A stretch of 64,000 bases of DNA, taken from NCBI RefSeq assembly GCF_000281045.1, contig NW_008246081.1:610204-674203 (forward strand). The letters are read 5' to 3'. Shown here piece by piece: positions 1 through 13,500 of this stretch (positions are counted from its first letter, which is position 1; each line of letters starts with the position of its first letter). Made by a program: the position numbers and the translations under genes. Below the pieces are notes generated by a model that was given only the letters and a program-made list of their open reading frames with translations, had not been told where the DNA came from and did no database searches. Source of the DNA: Saprolegnia diclina VS20 (Eukaryota).

Positions 1-956
1 CCGAGTGGGAAGCCGAGCAAATGGAGCGCAAGAAGAAGCGGCAGCAAGATCGCTTGCGGAAGAAGAAGGCCAAGGCCATGGCCGAGTGGGAAGCGATCCG
101 CGGCCGAGCGCTCGCCGAGCAAGAGGAGCGGGATCGCGCGGCCGAGCGGGCGGCCGAAAAGGACGGCAAGAGCAAGAAAAAGGCCGAGAAACCCAAAGCG
201 GCGGTCGCGTCCAGCGCTGTGCCGCCCATGCCCGCGGTCGACGACATGGCGGCCACGAGCAGCGGCGAAGAGCTGCCCATGTACTTTCAGAACCCGCAGC
301 AGCTGCTCGACATCTTTACAGCGCTCGAAGAAAGCAACTTGTTTTTGATTCAAAACAGTCAAGAGACGGAGCAGTCGCTCGAAGAGCTCAAGCAAAATTA
401 CCGCGAGACCAAGAAAAAAATGAACAAAAAGACCCAAGTGCTCAAACAAAACATTGACGACCTCCGCGAGCAAATCAACGCCGAAGACGAGAAGGCCAAC
501 CATCTACGGCAGCGCGCCATGGCCGGGACTGGCGAAAACGTCCAAGAGCGCATGCTGCAAGAACTCCACGACAAGGTCCTCGAAGTGTACCAGCGCTGCG
601 GGTTCGAAGCCGACTCGAACCCGAACACGCTCTTCATGCTCACGGACCTTGAGGCGCGGCTCGAAGATTTGCTCAGCGCGATCGAGCACATGCCCGAGGA
701 CTATGTCGTCAAAGCCGAGAAGGAAAAGGAAAAGGAGCGCCGCGAACGCGTGCGGCAAGAGCGCATTGCGCAGCAAACCAAAATGTACGAAGAGCGCATG
801 AAGAAGTCCATGGAACGCAGCATGCAAGCGCCCAAAAAGCGCAAGGGCCGCCAAGTCATGTGGCGGTCGCAGCCCCAGCGACAGATCAAACAGCAAGACA
901 ACGACAACCACGTCAACGACGACGACCAAGCCGACCAACAACACTTTCGGTGGTAA
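1..956 (+). CDS. CFAP100/CCDC37/CCDC38-like axonemal coiled-coil protein, 3' part (5' end lies outside the window)
   Basis: ORF 21..956 is open from the window edge. The motif 'MYFQNPQQLLDIFTALEESNLFLIQNSQETE' and the C-terminal 'KAEKEKEKERRERVR...APKKRKGRQVMWRS' match the CCDC37/38 family. Confidence 0.75.
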   Translation, partial: EWEAEQMERKKKRQQDRLRKKKAKAMAEWEAIRGRALAEQEERDRAAERAAEKDGKSKKKAEKPKAAVASSAVPPMPAVDDMAATSSGEELPMYFQNPQQLLDIFTALEESNLFLIQNSQETEQSLEELKQNYRETKKKMNKKTQVLKQNIDDLREQINAEDEKANHLRQRAMAGTGENVQERMLQELHDKVLEVYQRCGFEADSNPNTLFMLTDLEARLEDLLSAIEHMPEDYVVKAEKEKEKERRERVRQERIAQQTKMYEERMKKSMERSMQAPKKRKGRQVMWRSQPQRQIKQQDNDNHVNDDDQADQQHFRW

Positions 957-1284
957 CCCTGTTTATAAACGATAGTCCCGCTTCGTTTGCAGCGTATTTT
1001 GATGCACAGACAATATATACACAATGCTCGATTGACCAAACAACATTAGTGTCAAGCCAAAAGCCGTCGAATGCATTCACGAGGTGGTGGCTGGTGTACA
1101 TTCTTAGCACCATGGAAACGAAAATGAAGCCACTTCCGTCTCTTGACACGTTGGCGGTGCCGCCATGCATACCGGTGCACAAAATGGCGGCGCCAAGATG
1201 GCACGGTCGACCACGCGCCCTTGTCACGCAACTGTCTCGAACTCCGTGGCGTCGACATTGACGCCCCGAATTAGCACTTGTGAA

Positions 1285-2621
1285 ATGGCGCCAACGTTCC
1301 GCAACGACATTCGCAACGTCGGGGGCCGTGATGGCATCTACGATGAGAAGGTCAACCACCAGCTCAAGCTCATGAGCATCAACCCTATCGCAGGTATCTT
1401 CCGGTATCCTAGTTAGCGTCGATGCTGTCGCCTCATATAGGCAGCACGGTGACGCGACCACCGCTCTCGCCCCTCGCGCGGCTTCGTACGCAGAGTGTTT
1501 TTGCGATTGCGCCGTCTCACACCCGATAGGAGCCCAACGCCGTCACTTGCCACCGCGAAATACGACCCCCACCCCCTTGTACAGTCTGCTTCCATAAGAA
1601 GCGACAACGACTACGTTTTGATAGCGCCAAACGACTGAGTCGAAATCGCAAGTCCCAAGAGCGCCACGAGACACGCGAACACCTCCAGAACATCCACGTC
1701 ATGATGAAGAAGATTCTGTGTTACGACGCTGTAGCTGCTCCTACTGCTTTGCTTCTCGGTCACGGGTTTGGTAGAAAAAGCCTGTCGTCGCAGCGAGCCC
1801 GCGCCCCCCCAAAGCACCCGACGACCTCGCCCTTGTGTGGCGCAATGGGTTTAGCCTGCCAGTACCAACAACCACGTGGGCACAGGTGGTACATACGAAT
1901 GGTGTTAGGATACGGTGGCCCCCGCTATCGACGTGGAAGCCTCGCGTCGTCTCTATCTGACCAAACAGTAGAGCGGCGCTTCGATTTCGAGTCGCAAATG
2001 TGCTCGTAGAGTGGAGGCCGCGCCAAAACCCCCCGTTGGCATCCGCGCGCAGTCCCCGCGCCCCAAGTCGAGCCCGTGCATGCGGTCGTCGAGTCACCTC
2101 CACATCGTAAGCAGCGTCCGTTTTGTCGGCTCTCATGTCTCGTAGCTCATTCCCGCGCTCGAAGCCTACATGTCGAGCCATCGACTGCATGTGCTCGGGC
2201 TCTTTGGCACGGAGAATGCCAGCGGCGATGGCGCAGTGAGCGCCTACAACCTACGCCAAGTGCTCTTTGGCTTGGGCCTTGGATGGTCCCAGACCGACGT
2301 TGGATCATATTTTCAGTATGGCTCCTGACATCATCGGTGTAGATCACGGTGCTCATTCGCGCCTTGGATCCAGCAGAAGAAGGGCGCATCCACCCGTCCA
2401 CCATGGAAGCGCTCTTGCGCCGCTTCCGTCGACCTGTCCCCGACGCGACGCCGCCCAGCTCCCATCGTCAGCGGTGCGTTAGGATGACGGAATCACGCGC
2501 TCAAGTCCATGGAATAGGAGCGTTGCGTCCGCGTCCTTGTCTGGTCGGCGCTTCTTACTGCCCACGCCGCCGCCGCGCCTGCCGTCATCGTCCTAACTCT
2601 ACATGGTTTGCGCACAAATAG
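1285..2621 (+). CDS. Hypothetical multi-exon protein, possibly with a degenerate EF-hand-like end
   Basis: Coding-like segments 'MAPTFRNDIRNVGGRDGIYDEKVNHQLKLMSINP', 'HLQNIHVMMKKILC' and 'LIRALDPAEEGRIHPSTMEALLRR' are separated by GT..AG stretches. Exon structure not resolved. Confidence 0.35.
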
Positions 2622-2661
2622 TCTAAATACAAAGTCGACGTGTCATATTTTGTGGGATGCG

Positions 2662-5502
2662 TTAGCCGGACGCGGTGGCTTGGCTCGCTTGCAGAAAGTT
2701 GGTCAGGACAGAGACGATGGTCGCGGCGTCCGGGCGACACGACGCTTCCTTGTCCCAGCAGCTCGTGATGAGGTCCTTGAGCGGCTACCGATTTGTGTGT
2801 GGAAAGCGTCGACACCATACGAGTTTGTACCGTCGGGATGTTGGCGGAGATGGTCGGGCGCTTGTTTTCTTGGATGACGGCCATCGCGACAAGCGCCGCT
2901 GGCGTGTCAGCGAACGGGACCGACGCCTCGCAGATCTCCCACATGACGATGCCAAAACTGTAAATGTCGGCGCTCACAGAGTACGTCTGCGACACAATCA
3001 CCTCGCTACAGCGCGCATGAGAGCGAGACGAGTCTCTGCATCGTACGGAGCCATCCATTGGTACGTGCCGCAGCACCGCGTCATAAACTCGTTCTCGAGC
3101 GCGACCTTGGCAATGCCAAAGTCTAGAGTCCATCGCATCCCAGACCAAGGACGCGCAACAGCACGTACCCGCGAGCTTGACACGCCCTTCGTCCGTGATG
3201 AGAAGGTTCCTACCATCAAACAAGATCGAAACCGTGCCTCCAACAGCGTATCGTACAGCGACTTGAGGTCGCGGTGCACAATGTTGAACGAATGCAGAAA
3301 CTGAAGGCCGCGCGCCACGTCCATCTACACGATCCTTGTGCGATGCGATAGCGATGTGCCGTACGATCATTTGCAGCCGCTTCTGCCACGTGTTGGGGAA
3401 CGGCGGAATTTTCTTGGTCGGGTCTTGGGACCCGTTGATTTGCTCGCTAGTAGCCGCCATGAGACACATGTGCGAAGTACGAGCGCGACGCACAAGAGCG
3501 AGAAAGGAAGGTACTCGAACACGATACTACGCGGTGTCGTGCACACAGCGAGCAAGAGGACAATGCATGGGTGGCATCCGAGGTGCGTCATCATGGTCAC
3601 TTCGTGCTTGAACTCCTTATTGACTTGTTCTGCATTGAGCGACGAAAACCTACTCGATGTGATTTCTATCAACGTATCAAGATACACCCGCTCACTTTTT
3701 GATGGCCACTTCGGTGCCCCGCCAGATCGCCTTGTATACCTTGCAGCTACCATGCGTGTGTCTCGCACACAGTCGTCGCAATCATTGCAGCGGAGTCGTA
3801 CCTGGAGCCGACACCAATGCACTTCTCCAGTTTGACATCCTACGTTCTTTGTAAGCTGTCGATTCTCTTGCTACGGAGGTACCTCGATTTTGATTTCGCG
3901 CAATGTCGCCTCGTCGGACTTGGGGGCTGGCGCCTTGGCGGCCGACGCACTTTCCGACTTGGCGACGGCTGCCTCGTCGCTCTTGCCTACGCCCACAGAA
4001 TGCTTGGCGACAGGACCACCGTTGCCAGTACTACTGTCCACTTGGAGCACGAGCGTGTCAGGAAAGTGAGAGAGCGCTGCGCGCAGCTCCTACACGATTG
4101 CTGCAGCCAAGCTACGTGTGGAGGCAGGTACCTCGTCCGACGAGAGCAAGCACTTGTCGCCGTCGCTACGACGACTCAGATATGAGAGGCTTTGAAGTCG
4201 TTCCACCTGTCGTGGTACAGCAGCGTCAATGTCGTCGACAATGGGATCTGGAAGAGGCGGTGGATCGACTCTTGCAGCTGCGCAAAGCTCAGACTCCGGT
4301 CGAAGGCGAATCGGCGCGCTTCGCCATTCCACTTGCACTTGATGTAGCACTCGTTGCTGCGATAGCCGTTCTCAAACGACGGGGTCCGCGGCGACAGCGT
4401 GCTCCCGCGCGGACTCAGCCGCCCCGGTGCCGCATATGGCGTCGATGGCAGGTCGAGCAGATCCTGCGTCGGCACGGCGCGTGCGTCGGGCAGCGGCGCG
4501 GGCAAGCTCGACGGCGGCGGACTGTGTCGCTTCTGCGACGTGTGTGGTGATTGCGTCGGGCGCTCGGCGGTGCCGAACGGGTTGGTCTTCTTTTGCTCCG
4601 GGGGCGCATACAAGTCTGGAAAGAGGAGCAGATCCGCGTTGGCAGGCGCTGCCTCCTTGGACGCATGCTCTAGCCACGGCGGTCAAACGCGGCGGCAACG
4701 CGGTCGCCACTACCTTTGTGCACCTCGGTCGGCGACGTTCGTGTCGAGTGCTCTGGCCCCATGTGCAGCGGAAAGACCTTTTGCTGCTCGGCGATAAAGC
4801 TCGTCGTATGAATCTTATCGGGCGCCTCGAGTGCTTTGCAGAGGTCTTCAGCAAAGTGGACGAGCGAGTAGTCGGCGGGCCACCCGTTCTGGAGCCATGG
4901 CAGCACAACGTTGGCGCCTTGCTTGAGCTCCACCGGTACGTTCTACATGCACGCGTTGAGATCACTTTGTAAGAAAGCTCATACTTCGCCGCCCGTGACG
5001 CACGAGATGTCGGGCGACTGGGCAGGATACGCCTTTGGTATCCGCACCGCGATGCTAAACTTGCCGCGGTCCATCGACATGGACGAGAGCGACATGTTGG
5101 CAATCGACGACGTCATGGCCGAGATAGGCCAGCCCTACAATGCGATAGCGGCGTCGTCCTGTCCTGCCACGTCATGTATCTAACGCACCTCTTGGTATTC
5201 CTTTGTGAGCACTTGGAGCTGCAAGCACACAGCGTAGTCCGACTCTGGCATCGCCTTGGCAAAGTCGACCCTAATGTGCCATGCGCCATGAGTGCGATCG
5301 CGGCCATCGGCGCTTGCGTACTTGTTGATACGTGGCACGAGCTTCTGCTGCTTGCGGCTCTGGGCAAAGTGCAAGAAGTCATTGATGTCCTGCTGCAGCG
5401 CCTAAAGCTCGAGGATGAGCCTTCGCCGGCGACCGCGCCTACCAGCGGCAGGTCGTCCAGCCCCTGCGTCTTGCCCACGATGGACCCCGACGGCTTCCAC
5501 AT
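2662..5502 (-). CDS. TKL-family protein kinase with N-terminal UEV/UBC-like domain and PB1 domain (multi-exon)
   Basis: Kinase motifs: IGVGSSCKVYKAIWRGTEVAIK, HRDLKS, DFG, GTYQWMAP, ADIYSFGIVMWE. PB1: 'YIKCKWNGEARRF...LLYHDSDGDKCLLSSDE'. UEV-like: 'FSIAVRIPKAYPAQSPDI...VVLPWLQNGW'. Introns 4670-4713 and 4943-4984 join the exons in frame. Start MWKPSG at 5502. Confidence 0.85.
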
Positions 5503-5602
5503 CGACGCCGACTGCTTCGAAACTACCGCTGCCACAAGATCCGGAAACCGTTTCGTATCCGGAACACCGTGCCCAGCGTAACCGGAAGATCTCGAGTTGC
5601 CG

Positions 5603-8600
5603 ATGCCCCCGAAGAAGCCGGCGCCCGCCGGCGCCGCCAAGGGCCGCGACGACGACGGTGGCTGCCCCGTCATGACGGCCAGCGAGCGCGAGGTAGATGA
5701 GCTGCATGAAGACGGAGGCTCATGCAGGAAGCAGCGACTGCCCCCACGGAACGTCCCCGAGAACGTACCTGCGCTGGCAACCCTCCATGACGTGCCCAAG
5801 GTCGGCTTCCTCGAGTGGACCGAGAACCTCGGTACGTCGACCTTCATGCGCTACATGCATGAGGATGATCATCTCCTGTAGAGATGGAGAACTGGTACTC
5901 GCCGGCCAACCTCTATGAAGACCCGATGGGGCTGCCCCCGTTGCCTCCGCATATTGATGCAAGTCTCCCTCTCGATGGTTTCCATGACCTCGTGCATGAA
6001 TAGACGTCGTCGTTGGTCTGGAAGCGGCCGTCGCAGTACTTGCCTCCATTACCCGAGCCGCCCAAGCAGGTGGCCAAGGCCGTCGCCGTGGATCCAAAAT
6101 CCAGCGGCAAAAAATCGGCGCAGGCCAAAAAGGTCGACGACAAGGTGCTCGACGATGCCAAAGTCCAACGCTACTGCTACGTACGTATATATGTTGCATG
6201 CGTCTCTGAGAGCGCCGGTAGGTGCTGTACGACCCGCTTCTGGACCCGGTGCTGGCCAAGCCCGGGGATGCGTCGGGCACAACGACGCCAGCCGGCTTTC
6301 GCGCCGAGCGCGAGTGGAAGTACGACTTTCAGCGGCTTTGGAGTGCGGAGCAAGCCCATGACATTAGCCGGTACGCAGCGCAATGCACAAACGTGCCATG
6401 TATGCAGGTCCTACGTCTAGTTGGGAAGCCGAAGAAGCGCGTATTCTAGCCGACAATGAGTTGCGCGAGCGCCTCTCGATGGAGTACGAAGAGAACTGGC
6501 AAATCAAGTACCTCAAGGTGCTCGCGGTGCAAAAGCAAGCCGCCGACGCCGACTTGAACGACGATGACATCATGGACGACGGTGACGACGGCGATGCTGC
6601 CGTGTTTGAAGCTTCGGCCTCCCCAACACCCATGTCGATCATCGATCTCTTTGGTTGGGCTTCTTGAACCAACTCCATCCATGTGATCAAAATGTTTGCA
6701 TAGGGCCCCCTCCCATGATGGACATTGAGCCCAACCGCGCTGTGCGACCCACCGTGCCCGAAGGCGAGTACGTCGACCCACCGCTCGCCTCGTGCTGCCG
6801 TGTCATCAACAACCTCGTGGACCGTCTCGTGACTAACCAGCCCTACTACTGGGAACACATTTACCCGCAGTCGATCGTTGGCGGGAAAAAGGTGCCCGTG
6901 GCCAATCCCGGTGGCAAGTACCTCGTCAAGCTCTACGTCCTTGGCAAGTGGCGCCGTGTTGAAGTCGACGACCGACTTCCGCTCGATAAAAACGGCAAGG
7001 TCATAGTTCTTAGCAGCACGCTTCCGACCGAGATTTGGCCCTCTCTCCTCGCCAAGGCTATCTACAAGGTCTTTGCGTGGCTTGGTTCTCTCCCCAACAT
7101 GAACAGCCCGTCCACGACAACATTGTCCATTGGCTTTATTCTCAACGCGCTCACAACGTGGAAATCGCGTCCGTACGTGACGCTCTCAGACGCCAAGGCC
7201 CAAGACGAGCTTGTCAAAGTACAGGCTTTTCGCCGTCCCATGCTATGTTGTTGGCTGTACAAACTGGCATCGTAGGTGACACCGCTGCTCGATGCTGCCT
7301 TGAACGTCGAGGTGCAGCCCTCGCTGAGTCTTTCGGTGCGCTAGGATTCCATAGGCGCGTGATTTTACTGAGTTCTACGCTAGAACGTGGTGCTGGTCTG
7401 CCCGCTGGCATCGGTCATGACGCGCAGCTTCAACGCCGTGTGTGGCGAAGCATTCGTTTTGGCGAGCATAAGATCCATCCACCCGTCGTACTCGGTGTAC
7501 ATTTACTCATCACGGCTTGACGCAGCACCGGACGAGACACTTGGGTTCACACCCGAGACGCTCGAGTATCACAAAATGACGTCCATGATTCTCCATACGA
7601 TCCCGACGCATACACTGCAACTCGTTCAAGAATGGTGCTCATCTCTCGGTCCTTGACAAGCGAAGGGCTGACTTGTCATGCTGCACTAGGCGACAGGTCG
7701 TATCGCCCACCGACGTGACCGTGTTCACGTGGGCGCCGTTTCCGCACGACTTGCCGCACTTTCTAATTGTCAACGTGCCAAGCGATGTGGTCGCAACGAC
7801 GCTCTACGTGACGTTGCAGACGGCGCCAGTGGCCGACTCGTCGGTGACAGATCGGGGTCTATTGCTGCTTGAAGACCCGCAGCTGAGCTTGGCCAAGCGC
7901 AACGACAGCACCAATGTTGCCCCGTTCTTCAAGCCATTTGTATCGTTGCCGTTCGAGGTCCACGGACCGGGCACGCATGTCTTTCGCTTGTACCCGCAAA
8001 CCCTTGGCGCGGGGTACAGCCTCGAGATTGAAAGTGACGTTGTCGTCGCCCTCCAAAGCATGCCCGAGTGTGTCACGACGACCTGCGGCATGCACACGGA
8101 GGTCTTTGAGGGTGAGTACATTGCGATGCCCGCCGACGCGTGGCACATTGTGCACAAGTCGACCATTGCGATCGCGCCCAGCACGTCGGCCAAGCGCCGG
8201 CTCATTGTCCATGTGCATCTCATGGACGAAGCGGCGGGCGCGTTGTTTCACTTGCACATTGTCAACAACACGACACGGGAAGTGACACGCTACCACTTGC
8301 TCGAGGCGCACATCGACCTTGGCGACGACTCGACGCACGCGTTTACGGTTTTGCTCGAGTGCGTCGCGCAACGCGCCGTGCCACCGGCCAAGTATACGAT
8401 CTTGATTGCGTCCGATGGACCGATATCCAGTGGACCGCTTGTGAACGCACCCCTCGCGCTCTCCATGTTTGCCGGTGTCTACACGCCCAACAAGTACCAC
8501 ACCCTCTTTCGCGACGTCTTTGTGCCGCACGGCGCCGACGACGCAAAAAAGGGAGCCGCGCCGATTGCAGTTGACGCGTGCTTCAAGCTGTCATCGTCTG

Positions 8601-9376
8601 TCCCGGAGGCTGCGCTCAAGCTTGAGATCTTTGATGCGGTGTCGGGGGCCTCGCTGGCAAAGGCCAGCGACTACGACTGCGTGCAGATAATGCAGCTACC
8701 GCCGCACGCCGATGGGTACATTGTCGAAGGCAGCTTTGATACGACAAAGTGGCTCGTTCCAGCTGAGCTCCAATCCGTCAAGCCCTTTGCGGACCTTGGC
8801 AGGCCGCCAGAGCCAACGACTGTGGAGGCGGCGCGCTGGTCCCTCGAAGTATTTGCATCGGGCCCGGCGTCGCTCACACCCGACTGCACGACGCTCAATA
8901 AACACGCAGCGATTCGGTTTGGGTGGGAGCAGGCCGAACGCGGGCGCGAGGTCCGTGGGATTATCAGCCGTCTCTTGTATCTCGGCAAACACGACGAGGC
9001 GATCGAAAAGATGAACGAGGCCGAGTACACGCCCGAGCAGCAAAAGCAAATGCTCGGGCGGTACGAAACCACGAGCACGAGCTCGGTCGAAGTCGTTCCT
9101 TCGTCTGGCCACGATCGGCTCTTGACGCGCGACGAGTGGATGGCTGAGGCCGAGGCGCGCCAGGTCGAAATCGAGTCGCTTCGCGCCCAAGTCGAAATGG
9201 GCAACAAGGCCCGCGCCGACGCCAGCGTGCAGCGCAAGGCCGAGATCGATGCGATGAAGAAGGACATTATGGACCTACGCCAAGCATGGCTCGTCGAACG
9301 GGAACGGCTTTGGAACCAGCGCGAAGCGCTGCGCAAGGAACAACCGAACCCGACACCCGTGGCCAACTTTCCATAG
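5603..9376 (+). CDS. Androglobin-like protein with calpain-like N-terminal domain (multi-exon)
   Basis: 'YWEHIYPQ...NPGGKYLVKLYVLGKWRRVEVDDRLP...EIWPSLLAKAIYK' (calpain-like), 'YTPNKYHTLFRDVF' and 'IRFGWEQAERGR' resemble the N- and C-terminal blocks of androglobin. Ends in a coiled coil. Confidence 0.7.
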
Positions 9377-9416
9377 TCGTCGATGACAACAAGACAGTGT
9401 ACACTATAGGCAACAG

Positions 9417-10372
9417 TTATTCGTTCAAGAGGTCTTGCATCTTTTGCAGCAGCTCTTTGGAGTCGCCGTGGAGATCGCACTCGCATTCTTGGAGAAGCGC
9501 TAATGCGGGGTCCATGACACAGAGCATTTGAACGCTGGTGTACCGCGGAGGGGTCTCTTGCACTTGTCGATAAACCCCGCGTCTTGCGGCTCGAGCGTCC
9601 AGTCCAGTGGTCCCCAGCTCGCCGCTGCGAGCTCCTTATCGAGGTTGTTGACTTCGGGGGCGTCCACGGCCGACACGTTCGCTCGGCCAACCTACGCTTG
9701 ATGAAAACCGCGCAGCGTATTGTGCGAGGTACATGGCGGAGGGCGAGGGCTTCCCCATCGAGGAATTCGAGCTTTGGGAAAGCGTGCTGGAGGGTCGCAT
9801 GGTAGCTTTCGTCGTTGTCTGCGACGTTGTTGCAAGCTCGAATTGTAGTCGTACCGCTCACGCTGCTTTTGGCAGCTGCACGCGATCGCACAAAGAGACG
9901 GCGCAGTTGTGGCACTTTGCTCTGGAGGGACACCCAGTCCACACCATTGGTGAGCGGGTTTCCCTAACAAAAATCTGTTATCAAAACACTGTCTGCAAGA
10001 TGCTGTGGCAACGTCAAGACGTAGCTCCTCGAGTGCGGGCAGTAGCGGAAAAGGGTCTACGCTCTGTCATGAGGCAACAGAGACCAAGCTACGAACCGAT
10101 CGATGCGAGTGCGTTCTGGGAGAGGTCGAGGCTGCGGAGAGTAGAGAGCGAAGGAAGCCCCCGCAGACTCGATAACTACGACCTTGTGGGAGACCCGTAG
10201 ATGAGACATCGTCATCTACCTGATTGTGCGACAGGTTGAGTTCGATTAGCGCCGAGCAGCCTGCGAGGTTACCTATCTTGTTCAAGCCGGCTTTCGCGAG
10301 GTTGAGGCGCTGCACACACGCAACGTCAAAGTGGTTGCTCCGGCGCTTGATCAAGTCTTCCGTGATCTCCAT
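9417..10372 (-). CDS. LRRC61-like leucine-rich-repeat protein (multi-exon)
   Basis: 'MEITEDLIKRRSNHFDVACVQRLNLAKAGLNKIGNLAGCSALIELNLSHNQ', SDS22-type repeats, and an LRR-cap 'FPKLEFLDGE'. Stop after MQDLLNE at 9417. Confidence 0.7.
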
Positions 10373-10585
10373 GAGCGTTTCAGTCGACAAGTACAAATGC
10401 TTTCGACAAACCCATACCGTTGGAACAACCATTTTCCCACAGCTCCTTGCATCAACCTCCAAGTGTTTGCTCTCTACGACACAAGTCCCTGCTTGGTGTC
10501 TGTACCGGTTCTAGCAGGGTTGACACGAGGATCACAAACTTGAAGGCAACTTAACATACTCTCACGTATATGAAGACGATGCGTC

Positions 10586-13500
10586 TTACGAGCACGTCGG
10601 GTTCTCACACCCGAGCACAATGTTGATGTTGCCGTGCTGACTGCGAATGTAAATGTCCCCTCGGTAGTTGCAGCTCGTGCCACAGTTGATGAATCCGTTG
10701 GCTTCCTTTGGGTCTTGCGCCTACCACGCGTTGACTCTGACGCTGCTGTATGAATCGACGTGTCGTACCGGCAGCTCGGTGAGCGTATCGTAGGAAAAAT
10801 TGCTTTTCTGCACCGTGATCGAGCCATATTCAGACCGCGCATAGTAAAAGCCAACAAACGACGTGCTCTGGTGTGATAACAAAGTGGACAACTTGTCATC
10901 ACAATGCACCAGTCGCACCTGTAGATGGAGGTAAATGTCGCCCGAGTTGGACTCGATATGCACGTAGCCATCGACAGCAGTGTTGTGCATTCGCACGGCG
11001 CCACCGATCGTGACGACATCGATACGACCAGGAAAGATCCCATTGTCCTAGAATGCGGTCAGTGCCTGGCACGAAAATTGCAAGCGCTGACCGTCGCCGT
11101 CAACGCTTCAGTTTGAATGCCCCCCGAGGTGGACTGGAGCTCGATGCGATCGGTCGTGACGTCGCTTAGGAGAAGCGAGCCCGATTGCGTCGAGAGCGTC
11201 ATCATGCTATATCCGCGCGTCACTTGCCTACGCGCACGTGTGACGCTACACCGATGAGGATGCTGCGGTGTACGAGGTGACTTGAGCGACAACGATGGGA
11301 CTGGCGTCCGTCGAGATCACGAGCGGACTGTCAGTCAACGACGAGTTGAGCAGCGAGGCACTGCCGAGCGTGGATGCCAATACGGTGCTTTTCTTCCCTC
11401 CATTTGCACCTACAAGATATGCGCCACCGTCAAATACGCTACTTGCGCATGCAGCGTACCCGTCGCGTTGACATAGATCGTGCTGACGTTGAGTTCGCCC
11501 GAGTTGGACCGCATCGTCAGTGCTTGCGCGCCAAGAAAGGCACCAACGACGTAGACGTTGGCTTGGTCCGTTGATACATTGATACCAACGAGCACCGTCG
11601 ATGAAATGTCCTACAACAACCGTTGGACGTTTGTTTGTTTCAGTTGCTGGGAAGTACCTCATTGGGTGAGAGGAGGTTGACATTCACTTCGGCCATCAAG
11701 GACGTGAGCTGCAGCAAGGGTGCGGCAGTCGTATTCGGCAACACGAGCTCGAGCACCGCGAGCTACACACGCGTCCGGTGGACTCGCGCTGACGCATCGG
11801 CGTCTACCTGGCACGACGTGTCGACGCCTAAAAAGTACGAGCTGCTCAAGGGCGACGCCGCAAACGCGCTCGTCGTCTTGACCGACGTCGCCACCGTTTG
11901 AAACGTCGCTGTCGCCAAGTACTTGTCCTACACGCGGCACATAGCCTCCGTCTCCATAGCGCCATAAAAGCACTACGAACGCTGATGGCGTTTTGCTGGC
12001 AGGTGACGTGGCCCGCCGAGGCGTTGCCTTGCGACACGATGAGCGCGCCGGCGCCAAAGGAATGCGAGAGCGTCACGAGGGTCGCGTTCGGGTCCAGTGG
12101 CAGCGTGGTCGCGTTCTCGGCTTTGCTGAGCCGCGCGCACTGGGTCGCAAAGACGACCGTGAGCGTCATGAGCACCGTGATGATGAGAAACGTGAGCATC
12201 GCAAACGCGCACGAGACACGCATAAAGAGCCGCTGCGACTTTTTCGAGGCCTTGAACAAGCGGTGCCACTAGGGTTTAGGGTTCTCGGCTCAAGCAGCAC
12301 ATGGGAAAGACGGCAACGTACGTCACGGCGCGCAGCAAACTCGGGGTGGAGACTCGGGTCGAGTTGACAGCGCTTGTCCTGGGCGTGGCGGCGCTTGACA
12401 ACATGCGTAATGTCGTTGAGTGTGATGGCCGAGAGCGCTTGCAGCATGAGGAACGCGCCCGAGATGATCGCCATGAAGGCGACACCACGCAAGTTGCGCT
12501 ACCCGATGCATGAGCTAACGCAAGACCTCGACAGGTGTAGTACCTGCACAAACAGTACAAACTGGCCTTGATCGTAGCGCGCTTGGAGCGTCGGCGGCAA
12601 GACGACGCGGATCGTGGGCCAAGTGGCAACGATGCTACTTTCGATGCTGCTCGTGACCGCGAGCGACGCGATCGCACTCGCCAGCAAGAAGATGGCGAGG
12701 ATGAATGCAAACCAGCTGAACGTATTGAGGAGCCGTCGGTACTCGAACGCAGAGCCAATGAATGCCATGAGCGCCAGAATCAGCACCAGAATGCCGCAGA
12801 GAAACGTAAAGATGCCTACACATTCCGTGAGATGCAAGAAGAGACGCTCAACACACCCGTGTAAGGCGAGGTCGCGAGGGTCCGTGACGAGATGATGTAC
12901 TGACCGCCTGCCACGAGGATGAACGAGAACGGAATCATGCCCATTCCAAAGGCCTACGGGTCGAGTACGACTACGATCTTGGGTCTGTCGCAATACCTGC
13001 AGAAACGTGACAGCCGACCGCTACACCACCGAGAAATGCATGAATACTCGAACATATAATATGAAGTCCACCTTTTCGCCAAGCGCAAAGTGCAGCTTGC
13101 GGACCGTGTACGCCGACGTTATGGCGACGCAGAGAAGGACAACGCCGGTCGCGATCAAGTAGGCGCGTTCGCGGCTCACTTTCTATACAGGCGGTCCGTC
13201 TCGTCGACAATGGTTTGTGCTGGCAGTCGTACATCGGCGAGTGTTTGCTGAAACAACACGCTTCGCGCGTAGAGCGTGTCCGTGTAGCCTGCGAGCTCGG
13301 GCGCGACGAACGGAAGGTATAGAATGGCCATCCCACCCGTGCAAATGACGCCGTAGCAGGTACCGATCGTAAGGAGCATGGCGAGGACGAGCGCCGGTGT
13401 CGTCTTGACCATGCCCTACGTATTGCCATCGGCCTCGTGTATATCTATATGGTGGCTTGTACCAAGGCAGCGCCAAGCACGGAGAGCACGCAGAGCGCCC

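Noticed and set aside
5174..5581. 135-aa + strand ORF (MYLTHLLVFL...)
   Set aside because: It is antisense to the first exons of the kinase gene, which splice in frame on the minus strand from 5502. Treated as a shadow ORF.
12270..12283. TAGGGTTTAGGGTT telomere-like motif (shorter ones near 32905 and 44873)
   Set aside because: Only one or two units. Too short to call an interstitial telomere or a regulatory element.
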